Assembly (NCBI GenBank): GCA_965644495.1
Contig: CBFFSA010000073.1
Location: forward strand, 1-27,220
DNA: 27,220 nucleotides
Source: Perkinsela sp. CCAP 1560/9
Lineage: Eukaryota > Protista > Euglenozoa: Kinetoplastea
Direction of reading: 5' to 3'
Part shown: positions 23,071 to 27,220 of the stretch, one piece after another
How positions within the stretch are numbered: position 1 is the stretch's first letter
Layout: each line of letters starts with the position of its first letter
The notes under the pieces: generated by a model
What the model saw: only the letters and a program-made list of their open reading frames with translations
Told to the model about the DNA's origin: nothing
Databases searched by the model: none
Program-made: the position numbers and the translations under genes

Positions 23071-26000
23071 AAAGAAGAGAGAGAAAAGAGAGAGAGAGAA
23101 AAGAGAGTGGAGAAAAGAAGAGAGAGAGAGAAAAGAGAGAGACAAAATGGGGTCAATTAGAGAGGGATAAAAGAAAAGAGAAGATGAAGGAGATAAAAAG
23201 AAGAGAGAAGGGGAGAATCGAACAAAAGAAGAAAGAAGAAAAAAACAAACCCAACAATAATATGAGTTCGAGGAAACTGTTTTAAAATCTCTTTTGGGCT
23301 CCAAAATGGTGATAAAAGAGGGTCACTATTTTTTTTTCTCAGTAAAAAGAAAAGAGAAAGAGAAAGAGAAAGAAAAAGAAAGAAAAAGAGAAAGAAAAAG
23401 AGAAAGAGAAAGAAAAAAAAGGAAAAGAGATCAGAACCTTGAGTCATATCCTTTTGCATAATGATCCAAACACATTGTTAAAATCTAAAAAATCGAAATA
23501 GGTTCTTGATAAGTTTAAAAACAAAGAAGAGAAAGTGAAGAAAAGAAAAGAGACCGAATAAGACAAAAGAGGGTCCATCGCGCTCAAAAGTCTGACAATA
23601 AATATCAGAAAGAGAGGAAAAAGGGGAAAGAGAGGAAAGAGGGGAAAGAGAGGAAAGAGAGGAAAGAGAGGAAAGAGAAAAGAAAGAAACCGAGAAGGAG
23701 AAGGAATTTCCTGAACAAGAACGGCGGGGTAAACTGGGACAATAAAATCTGGGATCCTCACTTTGAATACTAATAAAATAAAAATATTTTTAGTGAATAA
23801 GAAAATAATTTTTGTTTAATTTTTGTTCTTTTAAACATTGAAAAAGGATAAAAAGAAGAAAAGAAAAGAAAAAAGAGTACAAATTGTCATAACAGTGAGA
23901 GCAACGGTCAAATTCCCACCCGCAGAATCTCCAGTAATTCCAATTTTCTATCTCAAATGATTAATTAAAGGAATACAAAAAAAATTCAATTTTTCGATCA
24001 CAAAATAAATAAAAATCACCTTCCCACTCCATCCCAAAATCTTACAATGTTCAATGGCCCAACAATATGCATAAAAGCATTGATATAATGCAATAGGAAA
24101 TGGAGCTAACAAAGGAAAATGAGGAAGGAAAAGAAAAAAGAAAGATATTAGAACTGGAACAAGAGAAAAGATTTGAAAGAGAGAAGAAGAAAAGGGAAAA
24201 AGATGAAAAAAAAAAAACCTTCAGGAGCTAAACTGTAATCTACAGAGAGAATTGGGCATTTTAATTTATGTGCGTATCTTAATAAATAACACAAATGTGA
24301 TTTTGATGTTTGGGCAACAAAACCTTGAAAAAAGAAAAATAAGTGCAAGAAAAGGGAGACAAGAGAGAGAGAAAAAAAAGAAAAAATAAAGAGAGAGAAG
24401 AGAGAGAGAAGAGAGCGAAAAGCGAACCTCCTCCATGCATGTGCAAAATCAAGGTATCAGAAGGGGGAGATTCTTCTGCACTTTGGAACATTGCCAATGT
24501 GGATTTTTTCTTTGGTGGAGCCACAGAAGAAGTAGACAAGGAGGAGAAAAGAGAAGAAGAGGTAGGAGAGGGGGAAGATGGAGAAGAGGTAGAAAGAGAG
24601 GAAGAAGATGGAGGGAGAGAGGAAGAAGAGGAAGAGGGAGCTGGAGAAGAGGGAGGGGGAGAGGGGGAGAGGAGAGAAGGAGGAGCAGATGTACGTAAAT
24701 CACCAAGTGGGGGATATTCCGGAGGGGAAGAAGAGAGAGAAGAGGAAAGAGAAGGAGGAGGTGCGGGTGAAGGAGGAGAAGAAGAGAAAGTGGAAGGAGG
24801 TTGAGAAGGAGGTTGAGAGGGAGGTTGAGAAATAAAAGAAGAGGGAGAAGGAGGGAGAGAAGAGTTTTCTTGAGATGGTGGATTAGAAGAAGGTGGAGTA
24901 GGAGAGGAAGAAGAGGGAGGAGAATAGACGGGGACGGAGGGTTCAGATGTATAATGGCCAGGAAATTGTCGGTTAATAATATCTTGGTGAACATTGGCCA
25001 CCTAATGAGAGAGAGAGAGAGAGTCAGGGACAAAAAAGAAAAGGAGAAAAGTTTTGAGGAAAAAACTTAAGTTTGGGAGAAAAGAAAGCAAACATTAAGA
25101 AAAGAGGGAGTCGAAGAAGACAAACTCAAATTGTACATGTATTTTTTATACTCAAGTTCTGAACCAATTTGATTCTCGTACTATTTTTTTGTTCTGATTA
25201 GCGTTTCTCTCTCTCTTTCTCTTCTTCAAAAAAAGAAACAAAAAAACCTTGAGATAAGATATCAAACGGACTTGAACTGGCTGAGTTTGGCAAAGAAGAT
25301 CATTAATTGAATCATCACCTTCTTCATTTTGGTTTTTTTGTCTTGGAATTTTTACTGGGTTTGAACACTATCGAAAAAAGATTTTGTGAGTCAAAGGTAG
25401 ATTCCAAAAAAATGAAGAGAATTTGACAAAAACAATTTTTGAGTTGAATTCCTTTCTCATTTGTACAAAAAATAAATTGATAAAAAAGCAATATTGAAAT
25501 AATAAATACATTCACAAAAAAACAATAACCTTTAAAGTAAAAGTAAAATTCAAAGCAGGAACAGGAGAAACAATTTGAGTTGCAACGGAAACAATGGCAA
25601 CAGTCTCAGTCAAATTCCAAAACGATTTTACAAAATTAATATTTTTAGAGAACATTAATTCTGCACTTTTTTTTGCTTTTGAATTTGACCATAAGATAAA
25701 ACCTAATTTATAAATTTTCATTAAAACAAAGAAAAGAGAGAGTGAGGAGGAGTCACTCCAATTCCTTTCATTTTTAATAGCTTTAATGAAGAAGAAGAGA
25801 GAGCTTAACAATTGGGGGAAGAGAGAAAGAAAGGAAAGGAAAGAAAGAAAAAAAGAAAACTTGGGAGATCCAAGGAGAGCACGAATTTTTGTGGCCATTT
25901 GATCAACACCCCCACCATCCATACTTCCTCCCCAAAATTGATGGTGAGCATCACTATTTTTTAAATAAGTTTAAGGTAAATATTATTTTATGAGTTTGAT

Positions 26001-26508
26001 TCCTTTTTTTAAAAAAAAAATCAAACAAACCCATAGCTCGTGAGAGCGAGGTTGAAGAAGTTGAAACACACGAGCCAAAGAATCAGGAAATTGGACTGCA
26101 AAATATTTTCCAAAGAAAATTTCTCTAGAGAAGGGAAAAAAAGAAGAAACAGGGACAAGAAGTAAAGGAGAAGAAAGAGAGAAATTAAATGAGAGAAGAA
26201 AAGAGAATCAAGGGGAGAAAGGAGATACAAATCCATCTTAAGCAGTTCATCAATCACTTCTTCACAAGAAGAAAGGGGGAAAATACAATAAGGAGTGCTC
26301 TCCTATTACATAAAAAATGAGAAAGAGTCGCGGAGGGAACAAGAAAAGAAAGGGAAGAGAGAGAGAGAAATTCTTGAGGGGAAAAAGAAGAAAAAGAGGA
26401 AAACTTTAATAATTGAATAACAGCCACGGAGCATTTGGCCAAGATGAGAACAATAAAGCAATAATTCTCGACAAGGAAGAGGATCTTCCATTAATGATGG
26501 TCTCCATG
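22510..26508 (-). CDS. Hormone-sensitive lipase (HSL/LIPE-like alpha/beta hydrolase), multi-exon, 5' end missing at the bacterial junction
   Basis: HSL N-domain-like FWNLTE; ILHMHGGG|FVAQTSKSH; SVDYSLAPE; GDSAGGNL (catalytic Ser); DPLLDD (Asp); LPHGFLNF (His). Last exon ends in TAG at 22510. Confidence 0.85.
22756..22882. repeat. Degenerate (AAAAC)n simple repeat filling a lipase intron
   Basis: Visible aaaac/aaaaaaac run directly after the donor site on the minus strand. Confidence 0.8.
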
Positions 26509-26783
26509 GCTTTAATAAGTAGCTGTGCAAGGTCCAAATACCCCTTGAAACAAACGCCAAGTAAAGCGGTATTTCCTGAACCGTCCACAGCATCTATTTT
26601 GGCCCCTTTTTCTAGCAGTAGTTCTGTAATTTTTGCATGATTGTAATATGTGGCCAAAATCAATGGGGTTGACCCCCTTTCATCCGTAGTTTCCAAAAAT
26701 GTGATTTGGGCCTCAAGCATACGCGAAACAGCTTTAACATCACCATCTCTAATTGCAGTAAAAAAGTCTTCCTTATTCCTCAT
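26508..26783 (-). CDS. Bacterial ankyrin-repeat protein, 3'-truncated at the junction with eukaryotic DNA
   Basis: Ankyrin motifs GSTPLILATYYNHAKITELLLEKGAKIDAVD and [23 protein letters not shown]. The expected GA(D/N)VN continuation is replaced by unrelated sequence. Intronless, with an A-rich start context and no Shine-Dalgarno. Confidence 0.85.
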
Positions 26784-26802
26784 TTTACGTTCTGAAAGTT
26801 AT

Positions 26803-26842
26803 AAAAAAACTGCCACAACCTCTAGGGAAGTGACAGTCTTTT
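26803..26842 (-). terminator. Rho-independent terminator downstream of katG
   Basis: Minus strand GACTGTCAC-ttccctagaggtt-GTGGCAGTT hairpin (with G-U pairs) followed by a T run. Confidence 0.7.
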
Positions 26843-26877
26843 CTTGTTAATTCTCTTTTTCCAATTTATGGCCAATT

Positions 26878-27220
<343 letters not shown>

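Noticed and set aside
20554-23459. Numerous F/S/L-rich 'membrane' ORFs and K/R/E-rich ORFs
   Set aside because: Translations of TC/AG microsatellite introns.
26504-26509. CCATGG (NcoI site) at the junction as a sign of ligation
   Set aside because: A single 6-mer. The bacterial frame would be expected to continue with Gly rather than ATG, so both partners need not carry the site.
26406-26783. 125-aa ankyrin ORF as a genuine full-length or fusion protein
   Set aside because: Its last 33 codons are an out-of-frame read of the eukaryotic lipase exon across the junction.

Overview
Bases 1 to ~26508 are intron-rich DNA from a microbial eukaryote, probably an amoeboid protist (inferred from gene content). 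At ~26508-26520 this joins abruptly to ~710 bp of Bacteroidetes-like bacterial DNA carrying the katG 3' end, a terminator and a truncated ankyrin gene. The eukaryotic part holds five paralogs of an elongated ABP34-type (Dictyostelium 34-kDa actin-bundling, 'TolA-like') protein, four in tandem on + and one inverted. It also holds an ADA2 gene with a very long Ser/Pro tail, a GH20 beta-hexosaminidase whose first exon is tandemly quadruplicated, and a 5'-truncated hormone-sensitive-lipase homolog. Main finding: each paralog has two separate Ala/Glu/Arg heptad-repeat arms whose lengths differ between copies but always by the same amount (179/260, 158/239, 137/218, 144/225, 123/204 codons; difference always 81; steps are multiples of 7). 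This suggests a graded set of antiparallel coiled-coil 'molecular rulers'. Introns have unusual G|GTT donors. All gene models were spliced by hand and family assignments come from remembered motifs, not database searches.
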